Source: an uncultured Rhodospirillaceae bacterium (lineage in GTDB: Bacteria; Pseudomonadota; Alphaproteobacteria; UBA9219). From it: 64,000 nt of DNA. Both the position numbers and the translations under genes were made by a program. The stretch is taken from NCBI GenBank assembly GCA_964587125.1, contig CAZPKC010000006.1:7881-71880 (forward strand), given 5' to 3'. This document shows positions 1 to 8,385 of this stretch, one piece after another (the stretch's first letter is position 1; every line of letters starts with the position of its first letter). The notes under the pieces are model-generated. The model saw only the letters and a list, made by a program, of their open reading frames with translations, ran no database searches and had not been told where the DNA came from.

Positions 1-2348
1 ATTTTCGGAAAAGGCGTATTATAAATCGTGCCGACCCCGCCGCCTTGTTTAACGGCCTCAAAATTTTCCCCGATTTGATTTTCGGCATAATCCGGTTCGG
101 CCAACATACGAATGCTGTGGTTTTCCCACACGCCTGCATAAACGTCAAAATTCGCCCGTTTTCCTGCTTCATAAAGAATCGCCATTGTTTGCAGGCAGGA
201 GTCGATCCGGCGTCCTCCATCGGACAGCGCCCTTCTTGTACTGCCGGAACCATCGCCCAGAATCCACAACTCCACGCTGGTCGGCTCGGTTTCAATCTGA
301 TCTTTTTTCCAGCGTTGTAAATCTGCATCCTCAATTTTTTGTCCGGTCGCGCGTTTCGCGGCCAAATTCATGTGCGCTCGCATATCGAGACGTTGGCGCA
401 CGTCGCCGCCACGCGGCAATTGTTCTTTTTGCTTCGACAGGCCGCGCACAAATTGTTTTTGCTGATCGCGGATATAGACAAAATCGTCGGCGACGCGAGA
501 GATTACAGGCTCAAGTTCATTAATCCGCTTCCTGAATTCTTTCCAATCTCCGCCTGACAGTTTGGTAAGATCAACGTTCCTTTGGCCATCGCTGCCGCCC
601 TGCCCCATATTAAGGTCACAGGGAGTTCCATTTCCGGCTTTTTCGTCCCCTTGCGCCTCTTTGCCGTCCTTGCCGTTGGAGGCATTGTTTTTGCGTTCCT
701 GCTGCTTGGCGTCATGCGCGAGATCGCGTACAGTCTTTGCATCGTCCGTGTTGACTTCTTCTTCGCTCTTTTGGCGGTCGGCTTTCCGCGCTTCTTCCGG
801 CGTTGACGGCAAGCTGCCGTCAATATCCATTTTGCCGACGCCCTCGACATCAACCGAGCCGGGATCGCCGCCTTGCTGTTCCTCCCCGCCCGATCCGCTG
901 CTACTGCCTTGAGAGGGGGACGGATCGTCGGAATTTTGCTGATTTTGTTGTGACCCAGACCCGCTTGTCCCGTCGGATTGTTTTTCGCCCTGCTGTTTGG
1001 AACCTTCGCTTTGCCCGTTTTTCTGGTCTTCGGACTGCTGTTGCTTCTGATTCATCTTGTTTTCGGCATTTTCTTCTGCCGCGTCGATCAGAACTTGAGC
1101 GTAGGGCGCGGCGTATTTGTCCCAGATGCCGTCAATCAGCTTGCAACGTCGGTCGGCATAGGCCTCTACACTACGGGCGAAAACGCTTCTGAACAACCAA
1201 CGGTCGCGTGCAGCGGGTTGCAGATTGGCCACGCCTTCCGCGCCAACGCATTGTTTCATAAGATCATCAAAGTTGCTGTTATCCACGCCCTTAATGTCGG
1301 CGGGATCAACGCCAAGGTTTTTCCATGTCTCCGTATCCGATGTTTCAAACAGCCCATTGGTAGTATAAAAAGACAACGCTAAGGCTTTTCTGAGTTTGCT
1401 TAGGGCTTCCTCGGCGTCAGCAATCTCTTTTTGTTTTGGGGCAAGCGTTAATCCCTGTTTTTGGGGCAAATTGCCTTGCTCAACTGCCCTTAAATACGCG
1501 CCGGAGCCTTGCAGGGTTACGTTCGCTGTGTTTAACGACTCAGCAAAATCGTGCGGAAACTCGATGCTTTGATTGGCGGCATAACGGTTCACGCAATTGT
1601 CTTCCGTCGCGTTGTATATATCATGGCGCAATTCAAATTCTTTGCGGGTGCGCGAAAGCTGTTTGAATTCGTCGCGCGTCAGCTTGCGTGTCTTGCTTTC
1701 CTCTAACAATTTATCTACGCGCTCTTTCAACGGAAGCATCGCATCCGTATATCGGGTTGAAAGTTGCGCGTGGCCAACTTCGTGTATCATCACGCCCGTC
1801 GCATGAGCCAGCCCCTTCATTCCAGGCGCGGGGTCTTTGCCAAAGCCGAGCAGCAGTGTATGAAACAGGTCGATGTTGATATGGTTTTTATCCGGCGAGA
1901 ACCAGAACCAGCTCCCCGGCGTTCCCCAATCCATTGTAGCGTTGCGGTTGGTAATCGAAAGATCGACATAGCGTGCGGACGCGCCAAGTGACCCCGATAA
2001 CTGAGGATTGCGCGTCAGCGTTTTCCACAGAGAACTGGAACGAATTGTGCCAGATTTACTGTTTTGAAAAACAAACCCCAATCCAGCGGCCCAGACCAAC
2101 TGCCCCGCACGCGTCGATAAATCCGCCTCAACACGGGCGCTTGGATCGGTCATAACCTGTTCAAGCTTCGACCGTTCCTGTGCGGCTTCCGATGGCAAAG
2201 CGTCTAGGAATTCTTTAAAGCTCGTTTCGTTCAGGGATTTTTCGTTAAACCGTTTTTTCAGGTCAAGCGCATACGCGGTGAAAGGATCGTTATATATGCG
2301 ATCCAGTTCCGTTTGTACTGAAAGTCTTATTTCACCAAGGTTTGGCAT
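1..2348 (-). CDS. Large protein, partial in the window (its C-terminus runs past position 1). Putative HExxH metallopeptidase domain, then a long Q/S/G/E-rich acidic low-complexity linker, then a vWA domain (DUF2201-like metallopeptidase+VWA architecture)
   Basis: I translated the minus strand myself from ATG-ATG at about 2343-2348 and got an uninterrupted reading frame down to position 1. It is absent from the ORF track, presumably because there is no stop codon in the window. Motifs read directly: GVMIHEVGHAQ (HExxH) and LWILGDGSGSTRRAL (DxSxS MIDAS of vWA). Between them is a roughly 150-aa Q/S/G/E/K-rich linker. Confidence 0.55.
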   Translation of the reverse strand, partial: MPNLGEIRLSVQTELDRIYNDPFTAYALDLKKRFNEKSLNETSFKEFLDALPSEAAQERSKLEQVMTDPSARVEADLSTRAGQLVWAAGLGFVFQNSKSGTIRSSSLWKTLTRNPQLSGSLGASARYVDLSITNRNATMDWGTPGSWFWFSPDKNHINIDLFHTLLLGFGKDPAPGMKGLAHATGVMIHEVGHAQLSTRYTDAMLPLKERVDKLLEESKTRKLTRDEFKQLSRTRKEFELRHDIYNATEDNCVNRYAANQSIEFPHDFAESLNTANVTLQGSGAYLRAVEQGNLPQKQGLTLAPKQKEIADAEEALSKLRKALALSFYTTNGLFETSDTETWKNLGVDPADIKGVDNSNFDDLMKQCVGAEGVANLQPAARDRWLFRSVFARSVEAYADRRCKLIDGIWDKYAAPYAQVLIDAAEENAENKMNQKQQQSEDQKNGQSEGSKQQGEKQSDGTSGSGSQQNQQNSDDPSPSQGSSSGSGGEEQQGGDPGSVDVEGVGKMDIDGSLPSTPEEARKADRQKSEEEVNTDDAKTVRDLAHDAKQQERKNNASNGKDGKEAQGDEKAGNGTPCDLNMGQGGSDGQRNVDLTKLSGGDWKEFRKRINELEPVISRVADDFVYIRDQQKQFVRGLSKQKEQLPRGGDVRQRLDMRAHMNLAAKRATGQKIEDADLQRWKKDQIETEPTSVELWILGDGSGSTRRALSDGGRRIDSCLQTMAILYEAGKRANFDVYAGVWENHSIRMLAEPDYAENQIGENFEAVKQGGGVGTIYNTPFPK

Positions 2349-2793
2349 CATTAATCCACTGAATTATATAATTTTTTTGTCGGTAACAACAAATCGTTAC
2401 TTCAAACACAATTTATAATAATCGGAAAATGCAGTTTACAGGAAAGCAATGAAAGTAAATAGAAAATTCAGCGTTAACCATGATCGCGCTAATGTCCGCA
2501 ATTCTTACGGAACTGAAAGATCACTGTAGTAATTGTGCCTTTTGCCTTCTTGATATTCTTCGGTTGGAGGGAGTTCCTATCCGGTTTCACCCTGCGGTGC
2601 AGGACATTTAAACGTTGGGCGCGACTATCTGATTTTTCCAAGACTCCTTCGCAAAGTGCAGACCCTTTGAACTTGAAGCCTCACGCCACTGCGTTAAAAT
2701 GATTAACATTTATTCTTCCCTTGAAACCGCTAACTGCTGCCCTTAAGTGTAACGAGGTTCGGATATCGTCTACTAACCTCGACCATGAAAAGA

Positions 2794-2820
2794 AAAAAGG
2801 GCCAAATTTGGCCCTTTTTT
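2794..2820. terminator. GC hairpin flanked by A-run and T-run (aaaaaagggccaaatttggccctttttt); bidirectional intrinsic-terminator-like stem-loop
   Basis: Perfect 7-bp GC stem gggccaa/ttggccc, A-tract 5' and T-tract 3'. It lies in the divergent intergenic region between the first two genes. Confidence 0.45.
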
Positions 2821-3002
2821 CTTTTCACAGTTGATGAGAATGGGTTTGACCGTCCGAGAAGGAGGTTGGATGCCAAGCCATTCCTTATAGCGTTCGAGGC
2901 AGCACCGCGAACGCGCAAAAATATAATTTTATGGCGCAGACAGGGCGAGCGATGTGCCCTCTTAGGCACATCGAGAAGCCAATCTCTCTTCGACCAATAA
3001 AG

Positions 3003-3024
3003 AAGGGGCCAAGTGGCCCCTTTT
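3003..3024. terminator. Second, near-identical GC hairpin (aaggggccaagtggcccctttt), terminator-like
   Basis: Palindrome ggggccaagtggcccc followed by a T-run. It is a near copy of the hairpin at 2794-2820. An additional hairpin (cgatgtgcc / ggcacatcg) sits at about 2950-2974. Confidence 0.4.
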
Positions 3025-3177
3025 CATTTCAATGATCTGAAAACAGGGTGAGCCCATCACTCAGCCAGAAAACTTATTGGATAAACATGGTTAAAAAAGA
3101 TACTTCCGATGAAAGTATTTTTAGCCTCGTCCATGTTATATACTCAGGCGCTTTCATCATATGAATTTTAAAACATC

Positions 3178-5931
3178 ATGTTTGACCAAATTGATTACGA
3201 CTGCATGACGGCTTTAAGAGAACGGCTCCGCGTTCAAGTTGGGCTAACCCGCCATTATAATGTCAGTTGTTCGACGGGGCGCATTCCCCTTAGTAACGGG
3301 TCAAGTAGCGCTTCTCATTTTCAACCTGAAGAAAATGAAATTCTTCGCTTCTATACCCGCAAAGGAAATAACCACACGCCTCAGTTTCTATTGGCCCCCC
3401 TCACGCCCGAGGCGTTTGAAGAAAGGGTGCAAAACGTTAAGCTGACGACGGCCGGAAAACAACGCGCAGAGATTGTTCGACGCGCGATAAAAAAACATCC
3501 TGAAAATTTTTCGCGGCAAGTCGTCACGGCGTATTCGGCGCTTTATAACGAAATTCTGCCCTCCCGGATTCGGCAAATTACGATCGATTATGAACTTTTT
3601 GCTCCGGAATTTTTGATAGAGGTGCTTCAGGATAAAACCTCCGCAACGCACCAGCTTTTGGGGACAAAAGAGGGAAACGATTTTATTTTAACCCGCTTTT
3701 CGGATGTCCGTACGGCCTGGAAAATCGGGGAAACGCCTTTCGATTTGTTGCATACGACGCCAAAAGGCCCGATTCAGCTCATGCCCTATCGAGGCGACCT
3801 TTCTCCGGATACATTATGCAACAAGTTGAAAGCCGCAGAGATTATCCCGAAATCGGCGCTGAACACTCTCGTGTTTCTTCTTGAAGCTGGGCTTGCGCCC
3901 GTTGGCGGCATGGAACAGGTGCTTTATGCAACCCAAATCAAAGAACGCGTTCTTGAGTGGCTCAAGACTTGCCGCCCTGAGGACCCGCGTATCGACGCCT
4001 TTTCGAAAATCCCGACAGACCGTTCTTATTTCTCCTTATGGGGCGCGTGCTCGGATGATTTATGCGCCCCTGCCTATTACGGGAACGCGTTGCATGATTG
4101 GCGCCTGACCGAAGCAACGGCACGGGATATTATGGACGTGCCGGGATCGATCTCGATGAGCGCTGATTCCATCGTTCTTAACAATCGGTTGCTTTCCTCT
4201 TCCGAAGAATTTCTTGACGAAGAAACGGCTCGCGAAGCGTTCGCCCGTTTGGCTGAAAAAGGAGCTCTTGTTCTTGTGTCGAAACCCTCCTTGAAAAAAC
4301 AAAAGGGAGAGGCTTCTCGGAAATTGCAAGACATCACGGACCCCCTTCTTTCCGGATGCATGGATCGCGTTCTTAGAAAACGGCCGATGTTCGATTTGGT
4401 TCGCCAAGCCAAAACTCTTCGCGATTACGTGAATCCTCTTATGGACTGGACTTTTCAACCTGAAACGTTTCCCTATGCACGCTCCCTTCTGGGGCACATC
4501 GTCAATGAAATCAAAATCTGCTACGGGGATTCCACGGCGCAGGACGTCAAGAAGCAATTGGAGAAGAATTTTTCAGTTGAAACGGGCGTACACGTATCTC
4601 TTCCGCGCACGATGAACCGCCCGGGCAAGCCTTCTTCTCCGATTTTCAACAGCAGCACGCTTTGCTATCAGGCGATCCTTCTTTCCGCGGCGGCACAACT
4701 CACAACGCCGCTTGTTCCAACCGATTTATGGGCACAGGTCATCGACCTATTCCACGGCGTAGATTCGGCCCCTTATAATCCGCAGATTCAGCCTCTGCCC
4801 TCTTTCGTCGATTGGGATAAAATTCGGATCGACAAGAACGATCCGCGTTTTTATGAGAAGCTTGTTCCGCTCGGCCCCTTTTCGCGCTATTTCAGCATTT
4901 TTACGGACGGCATTTACGCGGGCGAACGCGAAACGTCCTGCTATACGCCCGGTGAAATCGAAGGCGCAACGATAACTCCCTTCGTTCGCGAAAGCCTCGC
5001 CGAACGGCTCACGCTTGCAAATATGCTTTTGCCGGAAGGCTATGCTTTTCTGGTATTCGAAGGACACCGTGAAGTGAGGGATCAGAAAACTTTTTTTGGG
5101 CGATTTGCCAACAAACTCTACGAAGACAAGAAAGGAAGTTTTATCGAGGAAAAACAGGGATTCTTGCGTCCCTATACGAAAGAAGACGCTTTTTCCGAGG
5201 CCCAAAAGCATTGGCTACCGCCGGATGCCGAAAATTCGACTCACACGACCGGAGGTTCGCTTGATCTCACCCTTGTTCGCTTCGATAAAAACGACTGGGA
5301 ATGCCTGCAAAAGCTTAATCGGGATCAGCAATATCTCCTTGATCTCGGTTTATCCGAATCCGATGACAGAATCTTCGAGATAGAATTGCAGCGCCATCAA
5401 CTTTTCCGAGAGAAGGCGCGGATGGTGCCGATGGGAATCGTTTTTGACGAAGTTTCTTGGGATGAAAAAGGTTATCGTAAATCAGACCTGCGCTATTTTG
5501 CGGAAAAGAGAGAACGCGAGCCAAAAAATCCCGAGTTTTTGCTAAGCGAGGAGGAAAAGCAGATTGAAGAAAATCGCCGTCTCCTTCACACGATCATGAC
5601 GATCGTCGGTTTTACGCCCGGAGAAAGAGAACTGTACCATTTTGACTTGTGGAACAAACGTTGGGCTACTTCCACAAAAAGCTCCGTTTCCTTTTACGGC
5701 CCCGCCGTTCGTTCACCCGAAAATCTGGAATTCGAGCAATTTCGGAGAGACATTCGCGATCTCAGCATCAAAGCCTCAAATCCGGATTTTGATCCTGCAA
5801 AATTGATCTGGGGCGATTCGATAAGATTTGAGCTTTTACGCCAATACGGATCGATGACAACCGCCAATCTCGACCGCCAGTACCGCGCGGCTTATATTCC
5901 TTCATGTCCGTTGTCCTGTAAAGCGATGTAA
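3178..5931 (+). CDS. 917-aa hypothetical protein. The C-terminal ~350 aa carry a VanX/DdpX-like (peptidase M15D) D-Ala-D-Ala dipeptidase signature. The N-terminal ~550 aa are unrecognised
   Basis: Long ORF in the track. Motifs read: ENSTHTTGGSLDLTLV matches the VanX zinc-site motif S-x-H-x-x-G-x-x-x-D-L-T-L. The downstream ERELYHFDLW matches the E-x-x-H catalytic/His-ligand motif. The upstream LPEGYAFLVFEGHRE resembles the VanX N-terminal GY...D/E-G-YRP region. Confidence 0.6.
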   Translation: MFDQIDYDCMTALRERLRVQVGLTRHYNVSCSTGRIPLSNGSSSASHFQPEENEILRFYTRKGNNHTPQFLLAPLTPEAFEERVQNVKLTTAGKQRAEIVRRAIKKHPENFSRQVVTAYSALYNEILPSRIRQITIDYELFAPEFLIEVLQDKTSATHQLLGTKEGNDFILTRFSDVRTAWKIGETPFDLLHTTPKGPIQLMPYRGDLSPDTLCNKLKAAEIIPKSALNTLVFLLEAGLAPVGGMEQVLYATQIKERVLEWLKTCRPEDPRIDAFSKIPTDRSYFSLWGACSDDLCAPAYYGNALHDWRLTEATARDIMDVPGSISMSADSIVLNNRLLSSSEEFLDEETAREAFARLAEKGALVLVSKPSLKKQKGEASRKLQDITDPLLSGCMDRVLRKRPMFDLVRQAKTLRDYVNPLMDWTFQPETFPYARSLLGHIVNEIKICYGDSTAQDVKKQLEKNFSVETGVHVSLPRTMNRPGKPSSPIFNSSTLCYQAILLSAAAQLTTPLVPTDLWAQVIDLFHGVDSAPYNPQIQPLPSFVDWDKIRIDKNDPRFYEKLVPLGPFSRYFSIFTDGIYAGERETSCYTPGEIEGATITPFVRESLAERLTLANMLLPEGYAFLVFEGHREVRDQKTFFGRFANKLYEDKKGSFIEEKQGFLRPYTKEDAFSEAQKHWLPPDAENSTHTTGGSLDLTLVRFDKNDWECLQKLNRDQQYLLDLGLSESDDRIFEIELQRHQLFREKARMVPMGIVFDEVSWDEKGYRKSDLRYFAEKREREPKNPEFLLSEEEKQIEENRRLLHTIMTIVGFTPGERELYHFDLWNKRWATSTKSSVSFYGPAVRSPENLEFEQFRRDIRDLSIKASNPDFDPAKLIWGDSIRFELLRQYGSMTTANLDRQYRAAYIPSCPLSCKAM

Positions 5932-5984
5932 AATATCGCGCTCTAGAAATAGGGTTCACAACAGGGGCTTTTTTAAGGTAAGAC

Positions 5985-7445
5985 TTGCGAGAGAAGGCAA
6001 AACAATCCCCTTTCCAAGGAAAGCCCCATATGCGTTCTATTTTTCGCAAGAAAATCATTACCCATACGGATTCCGAATATGACCGTAGTTCTTTACGAAA
6101 ATGCCTTTCCGCCCTTGACCTGACGTTGCTCGGCATCGGATGCATTATCGGCACGGGAATTTTCGTTCTTACGGGCATAGCGGCCGCGACGCAGGCCGGT
6201 CCCGCCGTTGTCCTGTCTTTTGTGATCGCCAGCGTCCCCTGCATTATGGCCGCTCTTTCCTATGCTGAACTGGCTTCCTGCGTGGGCGGTTGCGGCAGCG
6301 CCTATGGTTATTCCTATGCCGCATTCGGCGAACTGATCGCATGGATCGTGGGGTGGGACCTTATTCTCGAGTATGGGGTTTCGGTCGCAGCCGTCGCCAA
6401 TGGTTGGTCGGGTTATTTCAATAACATTCTGACTGTCATCGGCTTGTCGCTTCCCAACTGGCTTACGCGCGGGCCTTTCGACAGCGGGATCGTCAATCTT
6501 CCCGCCGCATTTATCATTCTGACGCTGATGGGCGTTCTTGTGCTGGGCATCCGGCAAAGCGCGCAGACGAACGCGGCGATTGTTTTTATCAAGCTCGTGA
6601 CGCTTGCCGTTTTCATCATTGTTGCGTTGTTCAATATTCATCCGGCAAACTGGCATCCTTTCATGCCTTACGGCTGGTTTTCAACTCTGCCCGGCGGAAA
6701 GACCGTCGGCGTCCTTGCTGCGGCTTCTTTGGTGTTTTTCGCCTATGTAGGTTTCGACGCCGTTTCGGTCGCCGTCGAAGAAACGCGCAATCCGCGGCGC
6801 GATGTGCCCATCGGCATTCTGGCCTCTCTGGGATTTTGCACGCTTGTCTATGTTATCGTATCGGGATTGCTGACTTCTCTCGTTCCCTACACCGAGCTTA
6901 ACGTGTCGTCGCCGGTCGCTTTCGCGCTTCAACAGATCGGCATTCATTGGGCGTCGGCATTGGTCGCCACGGGCGTTATCGCGGGACTGACTTCGGTGAT
7001 GCTGGCGCTTTACTACGCCCTAACCCGCATCATCTACGCCATGGGACGGGATGGTTTGCTGCCGCGAGGCGTGGCGCTCGTCAACGAGAGGACGCTCACC
7101 CCCGTGCGCGCGACGGTACTGCCGGGCATCCTTATGGCGATCATCGCAGGATTTTTTCCTCTCGGCATTTTGGCGGAACTGGTGAATATCGGCACGTTGG
7201 CGGCTTTTATTCTTGTGTGCGGGGGCGTCATCGTTCTGCGGTACACGCATCCGAAAATGCACCGCCCCTTCAAAGTGCCGGGAGGCATCGTCTTGCCGAT
7301 GCTCGGCGTCGTGACGTGCGGCGCATTAATCGCTTTCTTGCCGCTCATCACGCATCTTCGATTTGTCATCTGGCTTGTAATCGGCATCGCCGTTTACTTC
7401 GGCTACTCGGTCAGACACAGCAATCTGGCCGACAAGCACAACTAA
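5985..7445 (+). CDS. APC-superfamily amino acid permease (cationic amino acid transporter-like), ~12 TM
   Basis: Hydrophobic multi-helix translation. The N-terminal region LTLLGIGCIIGTGIFVLTGIAAATQAGPAVVLSFVIASV is typical of APC permeases. An alternative start at the internal ATG (about 6030) has an aggaaag Shine-Dalgarno. Confidence 0.8.
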   Translation: MREKAKQSPFQGKPHMRSIFRKKIITHTDSEYDRSSLRKCLSALDLTLLGIGCIIGTGIFVLTGIAAATQAGPAVVLSFVIASVPCIMAALSYAELASCVGGCGSAYGYSYAAFGELIAWIVGWDLILEYGVSVAAVANGWSGYFNNILTVIGLSLPNWLTRGPFDSGIVNLPAAFIILTLMGVLVLGIRQSAQTNAAIVFIKLVTLAVFIIVALFNIHPANWHPFMPYGWFSTLPGGKTVGVLAAASLVFFAYVGFDAVSVAVEETRNPRRDVPIGILASLGFCTLVYVIVSGLLTSLVPYTELNVSSPVAFALQQIGIHWASALVATGVIAGLTSVMLALYYALTRIIYAMGRDGLLPRGVALVNERTLTPVRATVLPGILMAIIAGFFPLGILAELVNIGTLAAFILVCGGVIVLRYTHPKMHRPFKVPGGIVLPMLGVVTCGALIAFLPLITHLRFVIWLVIGIAVYFGYSVRHSNLADKHN

Positions 7446-7466
7446 GGCTTCCGTAAAAAAAGATTT

Positions 7467-8216
7467 TCATTTACCGACTTGCTTGAGCGTCGCGGCAATC
7501 AGCCTTTTAGCCGCAGGCAGAGGATCTCCCTTGGTGACGTAATAAAGAGAGATTTTTTCTTTTTTGTCGAGCACCAACGGACGCACGGACGGAGTTGTCG
7601 AGCTTTCGCTCATAATGCCTAATGCCTCCGGTATTTGGGCTACGATTCTTTCGATCATAGTGGCATTAAGCATTTCGCGCCTATCCGCCTTTATCGGCTT
7701 GCCTCCCAGAAGATTCTTTTCGACATCGGAGCGAAGCCCCCCCGATGGAATTTCGGTCACAACGAGGATGGGTCTATCCTCGCCGCCGACCTCTTTCCAG
7801 TTGGTTGTTTTTCCGCTCAGGATATCGGCGATTTGAGATTCTTTCAGCTCTTTAACCGGATTAGATGGATTGACTGTAAAAGCAACATAGGTCTTTAAGA
7901 TTTCCAAGGGCTTGAACGCGGCAATATCGATAGCGCCGGGCGTTTCCGCATTCACTTTGGCGGCTGTGGCTGCCAAATCGCTGGATATCATGGCTATGTC
8001 GGCCTTGCCTTTCGCCAGATCGAGCAAGCCTTTGCCCGAACCGTTAGCCACGATATCAAGAACGAGCCCAGAATCCCGCTGAATTTCGGCGGCATGGGCA
8101 TCAAAAACCGCGGCGACAAACGTGGTCGATCCATGGATGGAAATCGTTTCGGCAATCCCTGACGTCGGAAACAGAAGCGCGCCAAGCAACACTATAATTT
8201 TAATGCCAGATTTCAT
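7467..8216 (-). CDS. Periplasmic solute-binding protein of the PstS/phosphate-binding-like PBP family (orphan, no transporter genes adjacent)
   Basis: Signal peptide MKSGIKIIVLLGALLFPTSGIA; motifs ISIHGSTTF and ANGSGKGLLDLAKGKADIAMISSDL. Start chosen at M20 of the track ORF (7467..8273). Confidence 0.6.
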   Translation of the reverse strand: MKSGIKIIVLLGALLFPTSGIAETISIHGSTTFVAAVFDAHAAEIQRDSGLVLDIVANGSGKGLLDLAKGKADIAMISSDLAATAAKVNAETPGAIDIAAFKPLEILKTYVAFTVNPSNPVKELKESQIADILSGKTTNWKEVGGEDRPILVVTEIPSGGLRSDVEKNLLGGKPIKADRREMLNATMIERIVAQIPEALGIMSESSTTPSVRPLVLDKKEKISLYYVTKGDPLPAAKRLIAATLKQVGK

Positions 8217-8385
8217 AAAAAATTCCTTATACGTTGGAGCAAAAAAGTTAAACGAGAGATTCTCTTCTACCAAAACCCGGATAAATTCACCAGTTCAAAA
8301 TGTCAGAAACAATTTTCGTTAGGGAAGTATTAAGGGCTGTGGCGCTACGTTCTTCGGGCAACGAGAATCATTCAGGAGAAGCAAA

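Noticed and set aside
5985-6030. Alternative starts for the permease (5985 vs about 6030) and similar N-terminal extensions on nuoB, nuoC, nuoD, nuoJ, purL and secG in the track
   Set aside because: Upstream extensions are non-conserved and Arg-rich. Internal Mets with Shine-Dalgarno sequences, and alignment to typical family N-termini, were preferred where clear.
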